Origin: a phage
Reading direction: 5' to 3' (one strand)
DNA: 64,000 bases
Sequence record: PX068456.1
Below the pieces are notes generated by a model. The model searched no databases. It was not told the DNA's origin and was given only the letters and a program-made list of their open reading frames with translations. A program made the translations under genes and the position numbers. Shown in pieces: positions 40,774 through 51,157 of this stretch (positions are counted from its first letter, which is position 1; each line of letters starts with the position of its first letter).

Positions 40774-41511
40774 TTAACCTCCATTTGGTTTGTCGGAAGT
40801 AACAGTGCTACCACCAGTTTCAACACCGCGTACAGGGTGTGTATGTGTGTGTAAACCAATGCCACCACTATCTTTCATACGACCGTCAGGTGTGATTGTT
40901 AAACCGTTTAAATTTACAGTACCACCTTTATATGTCATAGTCCCGCCTTGCAGTGTAAGTTTTCCTCCTCCTGCATCAGTAAGAACGATACTGTTTGGTG
41001 TCATATCTATTTTCATACCTTGTGTGTTGTACACAGATATATTACCGTTAGGATCAAACGAAGCGTAAGTTTGCTTATTATTTGAGATAACAACTTTTTC
41101 AGAATCTACTTCTTCAGAAGAATCTGTAGCTGTTGCTATCTTAGGAATAAAACAGGCTGGATACAAACCACAAGGTTGAATTAATGTTCCGCTACTGGCT
41201 GTATCTCCGTCTGTCTGGAAAGCATTCGACGGATCTCTTTCTGAAAAGACAACAACACCAATATCTCCTGCTTTAATTGGAAATGAAATTCTACCTGTAC
41301 CACCACCATTTACCATAAAAGGAACATCGTGGAATGTTGGGTAATCTATTTCATCTTCAGTCGATCTGGTATTTTTTACGATAGATTCTAAAGTTACTGT
41401 CTTAGATCCATAATCTACACCAATTACCCTTACAGGTAAAGATGTATGTACTTCCGCAACTTGCTCGTTGATTAATCCACGGATTGCTGTTACAAAATTT
41501 AAAGCATCCAT
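40774..41511 (-). CDS. baseplate hub/spike-like protein (putative)
   Basis: Gly-rich C-terminal strands; position. Confidence 0.35.
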   Translation of the reverse strand: MDALNFVTAIRGLINEQVAEVHTSLPVRVIGVDYGSKTVTLESIVKNTRSTEDEIDYPTFHDVPFMVNGGGTGRISFPIKAGDIGVVVFSERDPSNAFQTDGDTASSGTLIQPCGLYPACFIPKIATATDSSEEVDSEKVVISNNKQTYASFDPNGNISVYNTQGMKIDMTPNSIVLTDAGGGKLTLQGGTMTYKGGTVNLNGLTITPDGRMKDSGGIGLHTHTHPVRGVETGGSTVTSDKPNGG

Positions 41512-41513
41512 TT

Positions 41514-42524
41514 CTAGCCCTTCTTAATAATTGCAGATACAGATACAGACTCTACTTCAGTTGTCCAGTCTTTACCTTCCCTATCTCCTGTATGAACAAC
41601 AGATACTACCTTAAAACCACCATCGTAGTTATGGCTCTTGAGCCAAACAGTTTTTTCTGGTAAGATAGCACCGTTCATCTCACATCTGAACTTAACACCA
41701 TCTGTAGGCTTTTTAGCTTTCTTAGAAGATTTAGTTACTTTTTGTGTCGGTTTAATATCGTTGTGGAAAGGTTCTGGACTACCAATTAAACCTGTTTCTG
41801 CACTAATATATGCGCATCTTGCACTAGACATTTGTGATCTTGGTGTTACGTAAACAGATCCGTCTTGTATTGATACATTATGATCAATACCTTTACAGAT
41901 ACTTTCTAAGTAATGTGATGTGTTCCCACACATAGCTGTTGCAGATGATAAAGTTTTCTCTGTGTCTACGTGAATATTACCTTCTGTAGTACCCAAGTCT
42001 TTAACTAAATCTTTAACAACCTTACTTACTTTTGTACCTTTCGGATAACTTCTGCTTGTCCTTGCTTCGGAGATGTTAATACCACCATCCAGACAATGTA
42101 ACACTGTACGTCTGTCTGTATTGTTAAAGGTATCACTCACCCACTGCACCGTTCCCTTAAAGATCATAATTAACTCTTGACCTTCATAACCTACCGCTAA
42201 AGCAACAGCCAAGTTGTTACGAATACCTTTGTTAATATAATTAACAGTATCATCACTTAGGTTATAAATAGTTATCTCGGCTTGATTAGGATCTTTATTA
42301 TTATCTTTTCTTATTGTGAAAGATATTTGGTGCTCCGTAATAACATACAAATTAGGGGTTGATTTTTTAGCATCCCCTAGTTTAGTATCTAAGTCTACTG
42401 TAGATTTGAAAGAGGAATTTTTTGTCCTTTTTTCTTTAGTATTAGTAGCTGTACCTATTAACAGTTTGTATGCTCTGTTTAGATTGGGTGCAGGAGCTTT
42501 TGTGTAATTTCTTTCTTCTGCCAT
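41514..42524 (-). CDS. tail/baseplate protein (putative)
   Basis: position. Confidence 0.35.
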   Translation of the reverse strand: MAEERNYTKAPAPNLNRAYKLLIGTATNTKEKRTKNSSFKSTVDLDTKLGDAKKSTPNLYVITEHQISFTIRKDNNKDPNQAEITIYNLSDDTVNYINKGIRNNLAVALAVGYEGQELIMIFKGTVQWVSDTFNNTDRRTVLHCLDGGINISEARTSRSYPKGTKVSKVVKDLVKDLGTTEGNIHVDTEKTLSSATAMCGNTSHYLESICKGIDHNVSIQDGSVYVTPRSQMSSARCAYISAETGLIGSPEPFHNDIKPTQKVTKSSKKAKKPTDGVKFRCEMNGAILPEKTVWLKSHNYDGGFKVVSVVHTGDREGKDWTTEVESVSVSAIIKKG

Positions 42525-42540
42525 TTAAAAACTCCTTTTA

Positions 42541-42960
42541 TCATGCTTGATATGGAAGAGCGTCGATATAAACCAAAGCAAATCTTTTATCTACACCTGT
42601 GTCATAGTAATTAGGTCTACCGTTTATTTTAACAGTATCTACCAAATAGAGTTGACCATCCGGCACAGATTCTATATACTTATATGGTTCTAGAAGATCT
42701 AAACCATTGGTTACTTTAAAAGTTACACTAGGGTTGTCTCCTGATAATCCTAATTGCATTTGCCACGCTTGATCTCTTGTATTCCATCTCAAACGTATAT
42801 CATAATCTACTCCATCGAGAGTTACCGTATATGTTTGGTCTGGGTACTGTTCTGTAGGTAAGTACCAAGAATAATAACCTAAATTTCGATCAATAAATAC
42901 TGCATTGTAGCCACTATTAGATGTGCTTCTACTGATCTTTGAATAAGATGAAATAGCCAA
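42541..42960 (-). CDS. hypothetical structural protein
   Basis: position. Confidence 0.35.
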   Translation of the reverse strand: MAISSYSKISRSTSNSGYNAVFIDRNLGYYSWYLPTEQYPDQTYTVTLDGVDYDIRLRWNTRDQAWQMQLGLSGDNPSVTFKVTNGLDLLEPYKYIESVPDGQLYLVDTVKINGRPNYYDTGVDKRFALVYIDALPYQA

Positions 42961-42971
42961 AAATTTTCTCC

Positions 42972-43682
42972 TTATTTTTTACCATCTGCACTGTGATCAC
43001 TAAGATGTTCTGTACCAGTTGCTTTCCCTGTTCTTGCATCCAAATCAGCATCTGGACTAGTACCTTTCTTGTTTTTAACACCTGTATTCTTATTTGGTTT
43101 TGTCTTAAGTGCAATAGCATTTGTTTCCCCGTAGGAAACTAATCTTACTTGTTCAAATTCCAAGTCAAATTGCATTGCATATTCTGTTTGATATTCATAT
43201 GATATGCCTTTCAAAATAACATTCTCATACACCTTATGTTCTGTTATTAAAATGATAGGCTGTCTTTCATCAAATATTTTATCTAAGTAAGTAATTGCTT
43301 GACTGATACGAGTACCGTTAACACCAGCACTATATAGCATATCTCGCATTAATCTTACAGGTGTCTCTGTAATCATTCCTGATAAAGAGAAAGTATTATT
43401 CTTAACTTGAACGTGATCCGATACATTAGCACCATTTTCTACAGGATAACTAGTTACATCTGCTTGACGTTTTACGCCGATATTTGGAACAGCATCAAAA
43501 ACTATAGCTTGGTAGTTTTGAATATATTGATCACTTGCACTATTGTAAACACTTGCTAAAATACAAAAACCGTTCTCCCCTTTCACAGTAGAGGCAGAGT
43601 TATTTGTGTTTTTTGTAGAATTTATATCTTGTTCCGCTTTATAAACCGCTTGAACGTGTTGTTCTGGAGTGTTTGCTGCCAT
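42972..43682 (-). CDS. hypothetical structural protein
   Basis: position. Confidence 0.35.
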   Translation of the reverse strand: MAANTPEQHVQAVYKAEQDINSTKNTNNSASTVKGENGFCILASVYNSASDQYIQNYQAIVFDAVPNIGVKRQADVTSYPVENGANVSDHVQVKNNTFSLSGMITETPVRLMRDMLYSAGVNGTRISQAITYLDKIFDERQPIILITEHKVYENVILKGISYEYQTEYAMQFDLEFEQVRLVSYGETNAIALKTKPNKNTGVKNKKGTSPDADLDARTGKATGTEHLSDHSADGKK

Positions 43683-43729
43683 ATAATTTTACCTCTTAAT
43701 GTGATAAGAAACATTCTCCCTTATCACTC

Positions 43730-43760
43730 ATTTTATCACGAAAAACAACTCTTTGTCAAG
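43730..43760 (-). promoter_or_regulatory. sigma70-like promoter candidate on minus strand (TTGACA ... ATAAAAT)
   Basis: read on the reverse complement, downstream of the tape-measure terminator. Confidence 0.35.
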
Positions 43761-43767
43761 ACAAATA

Positions 43768-43792
43768 AAAAGCCCCGCCGAAGCGAGGCTTT
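43768..43792 (-). terminator. terminator-like hairpin after tape measure gene
   Basis: GC-rich imperfect hairpin AAAGCCCCGCCGAAGCGAGGCTTT. Confidence 0.4.
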
Positions 43793-43797
43793 ATGCA

Positions 43798-45777
43798 TTA
43801 ACCACCAGTAGAAGATTGTCCACTGCTTAACTGAAGAGTTAAACCTTGTGAGAAGTTACTAAAACTGGTATTCATTGTCGCATCTAGATAATTACTAAAA
43901 CCATAACCATCTGGAATAACATTAATCTGGAATGCGTTGTCTGGGATAACAACCGTATTCTCTAGACTTAACGGTACTGGAACACCTTGGCGTGGTGTTA
44001 GCATAGATGCTGTTAAATCAGGTCTATTGTAACCAATACTAGAAGCACTTGGATTTAAGGCACTAGTTAAGAAACTACTATCAAAGTCACCTAAAGGTTG
44101 ATTTTCAGGTTTATGTTGATCTCTTCCAATAGGCCAATAAGCCCAAGGATTACCACCAACCTGTGCATCATACCCATACTGCGTACCATTATAATAATCT
44201 CTTACAGCTTCTTTAGTATTGTTTTTTGGCCCAACCTTATTGGAAAAATCAAGGAAATATTTTGCAATTTTTGCAAGGCTACTTACAATACTACCAGACA
44301 TTTCACCAAGACCACGAGCAGCTTCTTGGAAAGTTTTCATATTTTCTGCAAAATCTGGTGCAGATTTTAAACCATCCATAAAACCTACAAGTAAGTTATT
44401 GGTAAAACCTTCTCCTGCTGCACTAATTTCTGCTCTTAGTTTAACAAAATCTTGTGCTGCTTTGATGTTTTCATCGTTAAGAGTTGCTCCTGAATTTTTT
44501 AACATATCCAAGACTTTCATGTACTCTTTACCGTTATCCAAAAACATACGTTGGTAGTGCATTAAGTCATCACCAAGGTTTTCCATCAAACGACCAATTT
44601 GCGCGGAGTTCATTCCTCTTTTTTGACCTTCATTAACAAGTGCTTGAACAAAGTCTAGAGGTCTGTTCTGGAATTTAGCAACATCTTCTTTCGACCAACC
44701 AAATTGGTTCATGATTTCATTAATACCACTATCTCCACCTTTCCATTTACCTGATTTTTCATCAAATTCAGAGTGGAGTACAGTATTACCTAAACGTTCA
44801 CGAACGTCTTTAATATTGTCAATGGCTTTAATAATGCTGGCAGAGTCTACACCGTTCATTTCACCCCAAGTACGCATTGTTAAAATTGCGTTAGGGTTTA
44901 CCTGTACGTTCTGACCACCTTTACTAACCATATTAATACGTTCTGCCGCCGCTGTAATATTTTCAGCTATTTTGCTTATACCTTGATATAAACCAGCACC
45001 TAAAAGAGCAGCACCAAACATAGCAGGGTTAAGAGCAATAGCAGCATTACCTACACCAGATAGCTTACGTTGTCTATCTCGTTGTCTTGCTTCTTTCTCT
45101 CTTCTTTGCTGACGTTCGAAATCCTTTCTTTCTCTTTCTCGGATACGCTGTCTTCTTTTATCTTCTGCTTCTTGCAGACGGGCAATTCTACGTCTAGCTC
45201 TCTCTTCATCAAGAAGTTGTGCATTCTTCTCTTTATGAGATCTGCGTAGTTCTTCTAACTGTCTAGCCAAAGTATTATTCATTTGTTGGCTAGTGATCAC
45301 ACCTTTACGATAAAGTTCAACAGTTTCTTCTACAATCTTTTTAGATTTTTCTAGAATTCTGCTGTCTGCTTTTGTAAAAGGCATAGCTTTAAAACTAAAA
45401 TCGTCTTGCTTCATATTAGCAAGTGCTGCACGTTTAGCGGCGGCTTCTGCGGCTCTTTCCTCTGGTGTTTTACGTCCTCCAGAAGATCCAGAACCACCTC
45501 TACCACTTCCTCCTTTTCCACCACCGCTTGAACCTCCGGTTGGTGGGATTGGTGGAGGATTACCGCCGCCAAGACCTGACATTTGCTGCCTTATTCTTTT
45601 AGCATACTCTTCCATACTTTTAAATTGACGACGCATTTTAGTCATATTTAAAGATGGTTCAATAGATTCTGTAAAAGTTTTAAGGTTTTTAATTGCGTCT
45701 TTAGTATTTTTTAAACTGTCTTTATCTACAGTAAACGTTACTGTATTCTTAATCTTGGAAGTGTTAATTTCTAACAA
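43798..45777 (-). CDS. tail tape measure protein
   Basis: 659 aa, long coiled-coil, Arg/Glu-rich repeat stretch and Gly-rich tract; located after tube/chaperone genes. Confidence 0.65.
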   Translation of the reverse strand: MLEINTSKIKNTVTFTVDKDSLKNTKDAIKNLKTFTESIEPSLNMTKMRRQFKSMEEYAKRIRQQMSGLGGGNPPPIPPTGGSSGGGKGGSGRGGSGSSGGRKTPEERAAEAAAKRAALANMKQDDFSFKAMPFTKADSRILEKSKKIVEETVELYRKGVITSQQMNNTLARQLEELRRSHKEKNAQLLDEERARRRIARLQEAEDKRRQRIRERERKDFERQQRREKEARQRDRQRKLSGVGNAAIALNPAMFGAALLGAGLYQGISKIAENITAAAERINMVSKGGQNVQVNPNAILTMRTWGEMNGVDSASIIKAIDNIKDVRERLGNTVLHSEFDEKSGKWKGGDSGINEIMNQFGWSKEDVAKFQNRPLDFVQALVNEGQKRGMNSAQIGRLMENLGDDLMHYQRMFLDNGKEYMKVLDMLKNSGATLNDENIKAAQDFVKLRAEISAAGEGFTNNLLVGFMDGLKSAPDFAENMKTFQEAARGLGEMSGSIVSSLAKIAKYFLDFSNKVGPKNNTKEAVRDYYNGTQYGYDAQVGGNPWAYWPIGRDQHKPENQPLGDFDSSFLTSALNPSASSIGYNRPDLTASMLTPRQGVPVPLSLENTVVIPDNAFQINVIPDGYGFSNYLDATMNTSFSNFSQGLTLQLSSGQSSTGG

Positions 45778-45796
45778 GGGTAATCCTCCGTATTAC

Positions 45797-46024
45797 TTAT
45801 GAATCTGGAATTAATTTTTTCATAGCCGTATCCAGTTCTCTTATTGTTCTCTGTTGACCACGTTTAATATCCGCATCTTTAACGTGAAGATCTTGTACAT
45901 AGTCTTCAAATGTTAAATATTCATAAATTTTAAGTAGATAATCTACACCATAATTATCTAACGAGGACAAGGTTTCGGAGGTATTCTTAATTACCTTACA
46001 AAGAATTACTTCATACCATGTCAA
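45797..46024 (-). CDS. tail assembly chaperone-like small protein (putative)
   Basis: position between tube and tape measure. Confidence 0.35.
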   Translation of the reverse strand: MTWYEVILCKVIKNTSETLSSLDNYGVDYLLKIYEYLTFEDYVQDLHVKDADIKRGQQRTIRELDTAMKKLIPDS

Positions 46025-46071
46025 GCTAAGGGTTTGTGAGGCAATTTCAATTGCTGATTTAATTGCCGGAC

Positions 46072-46554
46072 TTAACTCTTCGCTAGAGTCTCTATTCCTT
46101 GAAATTGGGTCAACAGTTTTCCGAAACCTCGTTTGAAAAAAGGGGCATAGTTCACCTCAAGAACTTTTGCAGCTAAGTCAACAACTAATTCTGGGTGAGC
46201 AAAAAACAATTCATCAAAATTATCGGAAACACTGTGTCCTGCTTCTGTGTAAACTTCATCTAAAATTTTACGTAAGAATGCAGCTAAGTTTTTTTCTTCC
46301 AGACCACTGAATAATTGGATCAGTGCCATAGCAATACGAGCTTCTAGATCTTCGTCTGCTGACATAAGAGCAGTATTATACATTGTCATAGGAACAGCCA
46401 GTACACTACCTAGTTCTGGAATCCTTTCAAAAACTTTAGTCGGACTCCACTTGAGAACTCTAAATTTTACACTGCGTCCTTCATCCAGATCAATTTCAAC
46501 CATTACTTCTGGACGAGCAAATTTTGCAATAGTATTATCTTTTTGTTGTTCCAT
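46072..46554 (-). CDS. tail assembly chaperone-like protein (putative)
   Basis: position. Confidence 0.35.
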   Translation of the reverse strand: MEQQKDNTIAKFARPEVMVEIDLDEGRSVKFRVLKWSPTKVFERIPELGSVLAVPMTMYNTALMSADEDLEARIAMALIQLFSGLEEKNLAAFLRKILDEVYTEAGHSVSDNFDELFFAHPELVVDLAAKVLEVNYAPFFKRGFGKLLTQFQGIETLAKS

Positions 46555-46573
46555 TATTTCCTCTCTTTAAAAA

Positions 46574-46593
46574 TAAAGGGCATTTCTGCCCTT
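46574..46593 (-). terminator. terminator-like hairpin (AAAGGGCATTTCTGCCCTTT)
   Basis: GC stem. Confidence 0.4.
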
Positions 46594-46597
46594 TTTA

Positions 46598-47077
46598 TTA
46601 CTGAATAGTTAGAGCACTAATAGAGTTAAGTGCGTTAACACCAACACCTACAGTAGAACGAAGTAGGCTTGCATCTTTAAGACCAATTACCCATTGGTTT
46701 TCTTGAATAGTTTCACCAATAGTATCGTCCGGTTGGCTTTGAATCCAACCAATTGTGCTGATATAATATCCGCGAGGGTCTTCTAGATATACGCTAAATG
46801 CTACTTGACGAGTAGAATACATCGTTTGTGCATAAGCAGCAAGAACTTCGTTTGCTGGGGAAGTACGTTGCAGTGACATTGTTAGCGTACCTAAACGGTT
46901 ACGACTAAGCGCCAAGGAAACGTCACCATCAGTACCTGAATATGGGTTGATGATATCGTTAGTTTTGTTAATAACAATTTTGGTATCTGCGGCGAAACCC
47001 CAAGGTTCCCAACCACCCAAAGACAGGATTACTTGAGAAGGATCATAGGCCATTACGCCAGTAAGCATTTTATCCAA
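46598..47077 (-). CDS. tail tube protein (putative)
   Basis: 159 aa, directly downstream of the sheath-like gene. Confidence 0.45.
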   Translation of the reverse strand: MDKMLTGVMAYDPSQVILSLGGWEPWGFAADTKIVINKTNDIINPYSGTDGDVSLALSRNRLGTLTMSLQRTSPANEVLAAYAQTMYSTRQVAFSVYLEDPRGYYISTIGWIQSQPDDTIGETIQENQWVIGLKDASLLRSTVGVGVNALNSISALTIQ

Positions 47078-47109
47078 AGTGGATCTCCTTTTATACTACT
47101 TTTCATATA

Positions 47110-47127
47110 AGCGGGGTTTCCCCCGCT
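47110..47127 (-). terminator. terminator-like hairpin (AGCGGGGTTTCCCCCGCT)
   Basis: GC stem. Confidence 0.4.
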
Positions 47128-47135
47128 GCTTTTAA

Positions 47136-48542
47136 TTATGAAGATACAGTAGAGCTATTGGAATTCTGGCTATTTGCAGTGCGGTTCGTCAGAACGTTTA
47201 CCTGCACTTTAACATAGTGGAAGAATCCAGCATATACGTATTCAATAACCATACCATCAACCAAACGTGCATTGATTTGAGCATCAGTCATATCTGCACG
47301 AGATGGGATATAGATAGTAGGTTTAAGGCTTACCAGAAGTCCTGTTTCCTCTGAAGTTACTACCTCATTGGCAATAGAACCATTGTTAATACCTACTTGG
47401 ATTGGGTTTGCAGTAACAGCCTGACGAATCAAAGCAAGACCAGCAGAAGTTGCTCTAACACCACTACCAAGCATAGATTGCTGTTTAAATAGAGCGAACA
47501 GAGATTCTTCTACGCGAGCTTTGAACCACAGAGCGTGTACCACATAGTCAACATAGAAACCACTAACCATGAAACCATCACGGTAGAACAGAACACCGTG
47601 TTCTTTACGGTAAATATTACCATTCTGTTGAACGATAAAGTTTTCTGCTGTCTGACCAAGTTTTTCAATCTCGATACCAACAAGGGTTTTACCATGCAGG
47701 GTAGTAGTACCTGGTGTTGCAGAGCAGATAGAACCAACTACAGCAGCTTCTGGGAACACTGTATCAGCGTTAGTCATCCACAATGCCATACAAGTGTTAT
47801 TGTAGCCCATATCACCTAAGCGTTCTAGAATGTTATCTTCTTGTTTAGTTAGAACACCTGGTTGCGAGGTAGAGAAGAAATACACTTTATCGTGCTCTTC
47901 TACATAACCTGCTAGATCGATAATATCTTGTTCTGCGTGAGAATCAGATAGTAACCAGAACCAACTGTTTTCATAATCTGCAATTTTAGCAATATCTTCT
48001 AAGATATCATTTGCATATTCTACTTTAGTTGTGAATCCTGAACTATCCATAGTAGCGTATTTACCTGCAACTGGGGTTACAGTGATAACACTACCATCGT
48101 TTGACACAGTGAAGAATTCTTTATACACCATGTCTGCGTTGATCATTTCTGTTAAACCAACAACAATCTCTTGAGCAGTTGCAGTATCATCGGCAACAAA
48201 CTTGAAGTCCTTGCTTTTTGAATTTGCTTTAATAGTGATAACGTAAGTTGCACTATCTTCAACTACTGGAGTTAGAGTTGTTTTAGAAACATCACGCTTA
48301 CCGACGATAACTTGTTCTGGTGCGAACAGACCGTCAAATAGTAGTTTTGCCATTTTATAAGCTGGATCGGCAGTGCCAAAACCTGCTTGCAGAAGTGCGT
48401 CTGAAGAAGTGAAATAATCTACAAGATTGCCAGTAACGTTATGCCCTGTAAGAATTAGAGGGATATCAAACTGTGTTTCACTAATTGAAGTAGCACCGTA
48501 GGTAAGGGTTACGGAAACTACCTTATCACGAAAAGTTGCCAT
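47136..48542 (-). CDS. tail sheath protein (putative)
   Basis: 468 aa; gene order sheath-tube-chaperones-tape measure. Confidence 0.5.
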   Translation of the reverse strand: MATFRDKVVSVTLTYGATSISETQFDIPLILTGHNVTGNLVDYFTSSDALLQAGFGTADPAYKMAKLLFDGLFAPEQVIVGKRDVSKTTLTPVVEDSATYVITIKANSKSKDFKFVADDTATAQEIVVGLTEMINADMVYKEFFTVSNDGSVITVTPVAGKYATMDSSGFTTKVEYANDILEDIAKIADYENSWFWLLSDSHAEQDIIDLAGYVEEHDKVYFFSTSQPGVLTKQEDNILERLGDMGYNNTCMALWMTNADTVFPEAAVVGSICSATPGTTTLHGKTLVGIEIEKLGQTAENFIVQQNGNIYRKEHGVLFYRDGFMVSGFYVDYVVHALWFKARVEESLFALFKQQSMLGSGVRATSAGLALIRQAVTANPIQVGINNGSIANEVVTSEETGLLVSLKPTIYIPSRADMTDAQINARLVDGMVIEYVYAGFFHYVKVQVNVLTNRTANSQNSNSSTVSS

Positions 48543-48562
48543 TTATGCTCCTGTTAGAAACT

Positions 48563-49264
48563 TTATTCCAATGAATTATCCGTTGGGATATACTTAATTA
48601 ATGATCCATCATCAGTCGTCGTAAAGTAATAAGTTTTACTTCTGTGAGCAACAATGTAAATCTTATCCAAAGGAAGATCTATTGGAGTAGGATCATCGTA
48701 ATCATCTCTGAACGAATGAATGTTCATATTAATTGCTTCAATTTCGGTAGTTACTAAATCCTCAATAACCATCGTAGTATTGAATGTAAGAAATATTCTC
48801 GCTCTTTGTTCAGTTTTATCTCCATCCAGAACAGTGTTAGCCTGTGCAACATTTGTTGCAGACAAGAAGCTAATACCTTTGGAATAAAGATACTGGTATT
48901 TTAATTCATCTGCACCACGAAGTGCCGCAAGAACATAACTTAAAAGTGTCATTGGTCTTCCTCTAAAAGCCATAAGTTCTATTTCATACTTATTGTCCAT
49001 TAGATATGAAAACGCATCTTCACTAAAAGAATATTTTTGTGACCAACCACCTGAATCATCAGATGATACAATACGTAATGTCAGATATGGGGTTGTTGGT
49101 TTAACAAATGGCTTATCCATAACATAAACCGGAAGCCCCACGAGTCTTTGTAAGAACTTAGCGATATTTATTAATATCGTATTTTCATACAATTCAATTT
49201 GTTCGTAGATATTAGCCAAAATTACCACCCTCCTCAGAATAAGAATAGGTGTTATTCTGGTCAT
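48563..49264 (-). CDS. neck/tail completion protein (putative)
   Basis: position. Confidence 0.35.
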   Translation of the reverse strand: MTRITPILILRRVVILANIYEQIELYENTILINIAKFLQRLVGLPVYVMDKPFVKPTTPYLTLRIVSSDDSGGWSQKYSFSEDAFSYLMDNKYEIELMAFRGRPMTLLSYVLAALRGADELKYQYLYSKGISFLSATNVAQANTVLDGDKTEQRARIFLTFNTTMVIEDLVTTEIEAINMNIHSFRDDYDDPTPIDLPLDKIYIVAHRSKTYYFTTTDDGSLIKYIPTDNSLE

Positions 49265-49628
49265 CTAGAATAGCAACACAATGTGTGTGTATTAAGAAAG
49301 ATGTTCTTGTCCAATCTTTCAAAGAATAAATGGAAAACCATTGTCCATCTATTAGTATTTGGTCAGATAATTGGTCTGATCCTTGCTGAATGCCTCTGAT
49401 TTCTGTTTTTGTCCAGAAGCTATATTGTGCCTTAGATCTGTATCCTTCTGGCAGTGCTTGAAGTGTTCTACCTGATATTGGTTGCAAACTTGCAGCCTCT
49501 ATTGTAAAGTCTTCATATGCTACTGTATTACCCATATTGGAAATTGGCGAATCAGGATCTTGAACATAGGTTCTTTTACGACCCTGATACGTTGTAAGAT
49601 CAAGGAGAGTAAATTGGTCTAATAGCAT
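49212..49628 (-). CDS. head-tail joining protein (putative)
   Basis: position. Confidence 0.35.
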   Translation of the reverse strand: MLLDQFTLLDLTTYQGRKRTYVQDPDSPISNMGNTVAYEDFTIEAASLQPISGRTLQALPEGYRSKAQYSFWTKTEIRGIQQGSDQLSDQILIDGQWFSIYSLKDWTRTSFLIHTHCVAILDDQNNTYSYSEEGGNFG

Positions 49629-49672
49629 TGTATCTCCTTTTTAGTATACATCAAAAACAGACTTATTGCAAG

Positions 49673-50161
49673 TTATTTTTTAGAACGACCCTTCTTGATT
49701 TCTGATTCAATACTGTTAATTAAGTGTCCAGTATCAATAAGAATATGAGAAGAGTAGTTACCTTTATCTCTACGGATTTTAATAGTCACAGGAGATAGTG
49801 GTCTATAACGTTGCAGAGCAATCGCTTTAGCAATAGATTCTCGTGAAACTTTTGCAATAGGTTCAAAGGCAGCTAAACCCCTTCCACGAAGTAAATAATT
49901 TCTAAACACTTCATCAAAATGTTTAGGTATTTCTTTGCTGGCGTGGACTGCACCATCCGTTAAAAACGGACGTGCAGGAGTATTGTTTGTTTCATTACCA
50001 AACTGTTGTATGGCAGCAATTGCAGGGATAGTGAGATCTGATTCTGGATGGCGAACAGCAGTAAGAAAACCAGCATCTATTTCTATATTATCCAGAGCCA
50101 GCATTTTACTAAAATATTCATCTAACGACATATCATCGCCACGTTTGATCTCACATTTCAT
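49673..50161 (-). CDS. head-tail connector protein (putative)
   Basis: position. Confidence 0.35.
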   Translation of the reverse strand: MKCEIKRGDDMSLDEYFSKMLALDNIEIDAGFLTAVRHPESDLTIPAIAAIQQFGNETNNTPARPFLTDGAVHASKEIPKHFDEVFRNYLLRGRGLAAFEPIAKVSRESIAKAIALQRYRPLSPVTIKIRRDKGNYSSHILIDTGHLINSIESEIKKGRSKK

Positions 50162-50709
50162 TATTTATCCCTTCTGTAGTAACCAATGGGGCCATAGTTT
50201 CTGGCATACTTGATATTTCTCGTATGTCGATCTACACTGCCAACACCACCTAAACCATTTACTGAATTAGGATCACTGTTGACACGATCAATTTCACGAG
50301 CATCAACACCACCAACTAATACTTTACTCGTTACACCTCTACCAGAAGTACAACCAGGTATCATCATATCACCATCAAGATATCCTTTATAGATATTTTC
50401 CCAAGGTGAGATGTATTCTGTCTGTCCAGTACCAAAGGTTACTTCAACCTGTACTTCGCCAACTTTCTCTTTTCTAGAAAGAGCACCACCTGTCTGTGTA
50501 TTATGATTTAGTACGTCTGTATTCCACAAGTATTCAAGTACAGAGATCAGACTGTTCCACAGTACGGCACATTTATTGGCATCATCATTCCCTAGCACAT
50601 CTATCCACGTTTGAATGATCTGTTCAATCATTGCATCAGGAAGTGTTTCTTGTGAAGGATTAAACACCAATATACGGATCATAGGTACAAGGTCACTAGC
50701 TACAAGCAT
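50161..50709 (-). CDS. head completion protein (putative)
   Basis: position. Confidence 0.35.
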   Translation of the reverse strand: MLVASDLVPMIRILVFNPSQETLPDAMIEQIIQTWIDVLGNDDANKCAVLWNSLISVLEYLWNTDVLNHNTQTGGALSRKEKVGEVQVEVTFGTGQTEYISPWENIYKGYLDGDMMIPGCTSGRGVTSKVLVGGVDAREIDRVNSDPNSVNGLGGVGSVDRHTRNIKYARNYGPIGYYRRDK

Positions 50710-50721
50710 GTAAACCTCCTA

Positions 50722-51090
50722 TTACTTTTTAGTGCGCTGTGCACGTTTCTTTGCTGGTGTGTCTACTGTTTTAACTTCAATTTTATCTTGCTTTTTTAAT
50801 TCTACAGGTGCATAATCTTCATAGCTAACGAGATAGTAGCCAGGATGTTCTTCACTTCCGAAAGGATGAACCTGAATTCCTGTCTCTTCACGTAGACGAA
50901 CTAAGAAGTGAATGAAGTTACCGCCAAGGGCTACTCTACCATCTGTAGTATAGAATGACATAGGTGGAGCAACACTAAGTGTCTTACCTGCATCTAATGC
51001 AGGAGATAGTGAAGCAAAATCCATAATCATTTCATGGTAGCTAAAATATGTTTTCAGTACAGCGTTACCCATAATCGTGTTTCCTCTCAT
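50722..51090 (-). CDS. hypothetical head-associated protein
   Basis: position. Confidence 0.35.
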   Translation of the reverse strand: MRGNTIMGNAVLKTYFSYHEMIMDFASLSPALDAGKTLSVAPPMSFYTTDGRVALGGNFIHFLVRLREETGIQVHPFGSEEHPGYYLVSYEDYAPVELKKQDKIEVKTVDTPAKKRAQRTKK

Positions 51091-51115
51091 TGTTAGTGGG
51101 ACACATAATAAAAAA

Positions 51116-51138
51116 GCCCACCCGCAAGGGGCAGGCTT
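51116..51138 (-). terminator. terminator-like hairpin after capsid gene
   Basis: AGCCCACCCGCAAGGGGCAGGCT stem. Confidence 0.45.
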
Positions 51139-51157
51139 TTTAGAATCCCGTTAAGGA

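Noticed and set aside
46072-46135. Possible programmed -1 frameshift at a T_TTT_TTC heptamer near the 3' end of the chaperone-like gene
   Set aside because: The heptamer is in the correct frame, but the -1 frame hits a stop after about 8 codons and does not join the downstream ORF, so a functional frameshift product is not supported.
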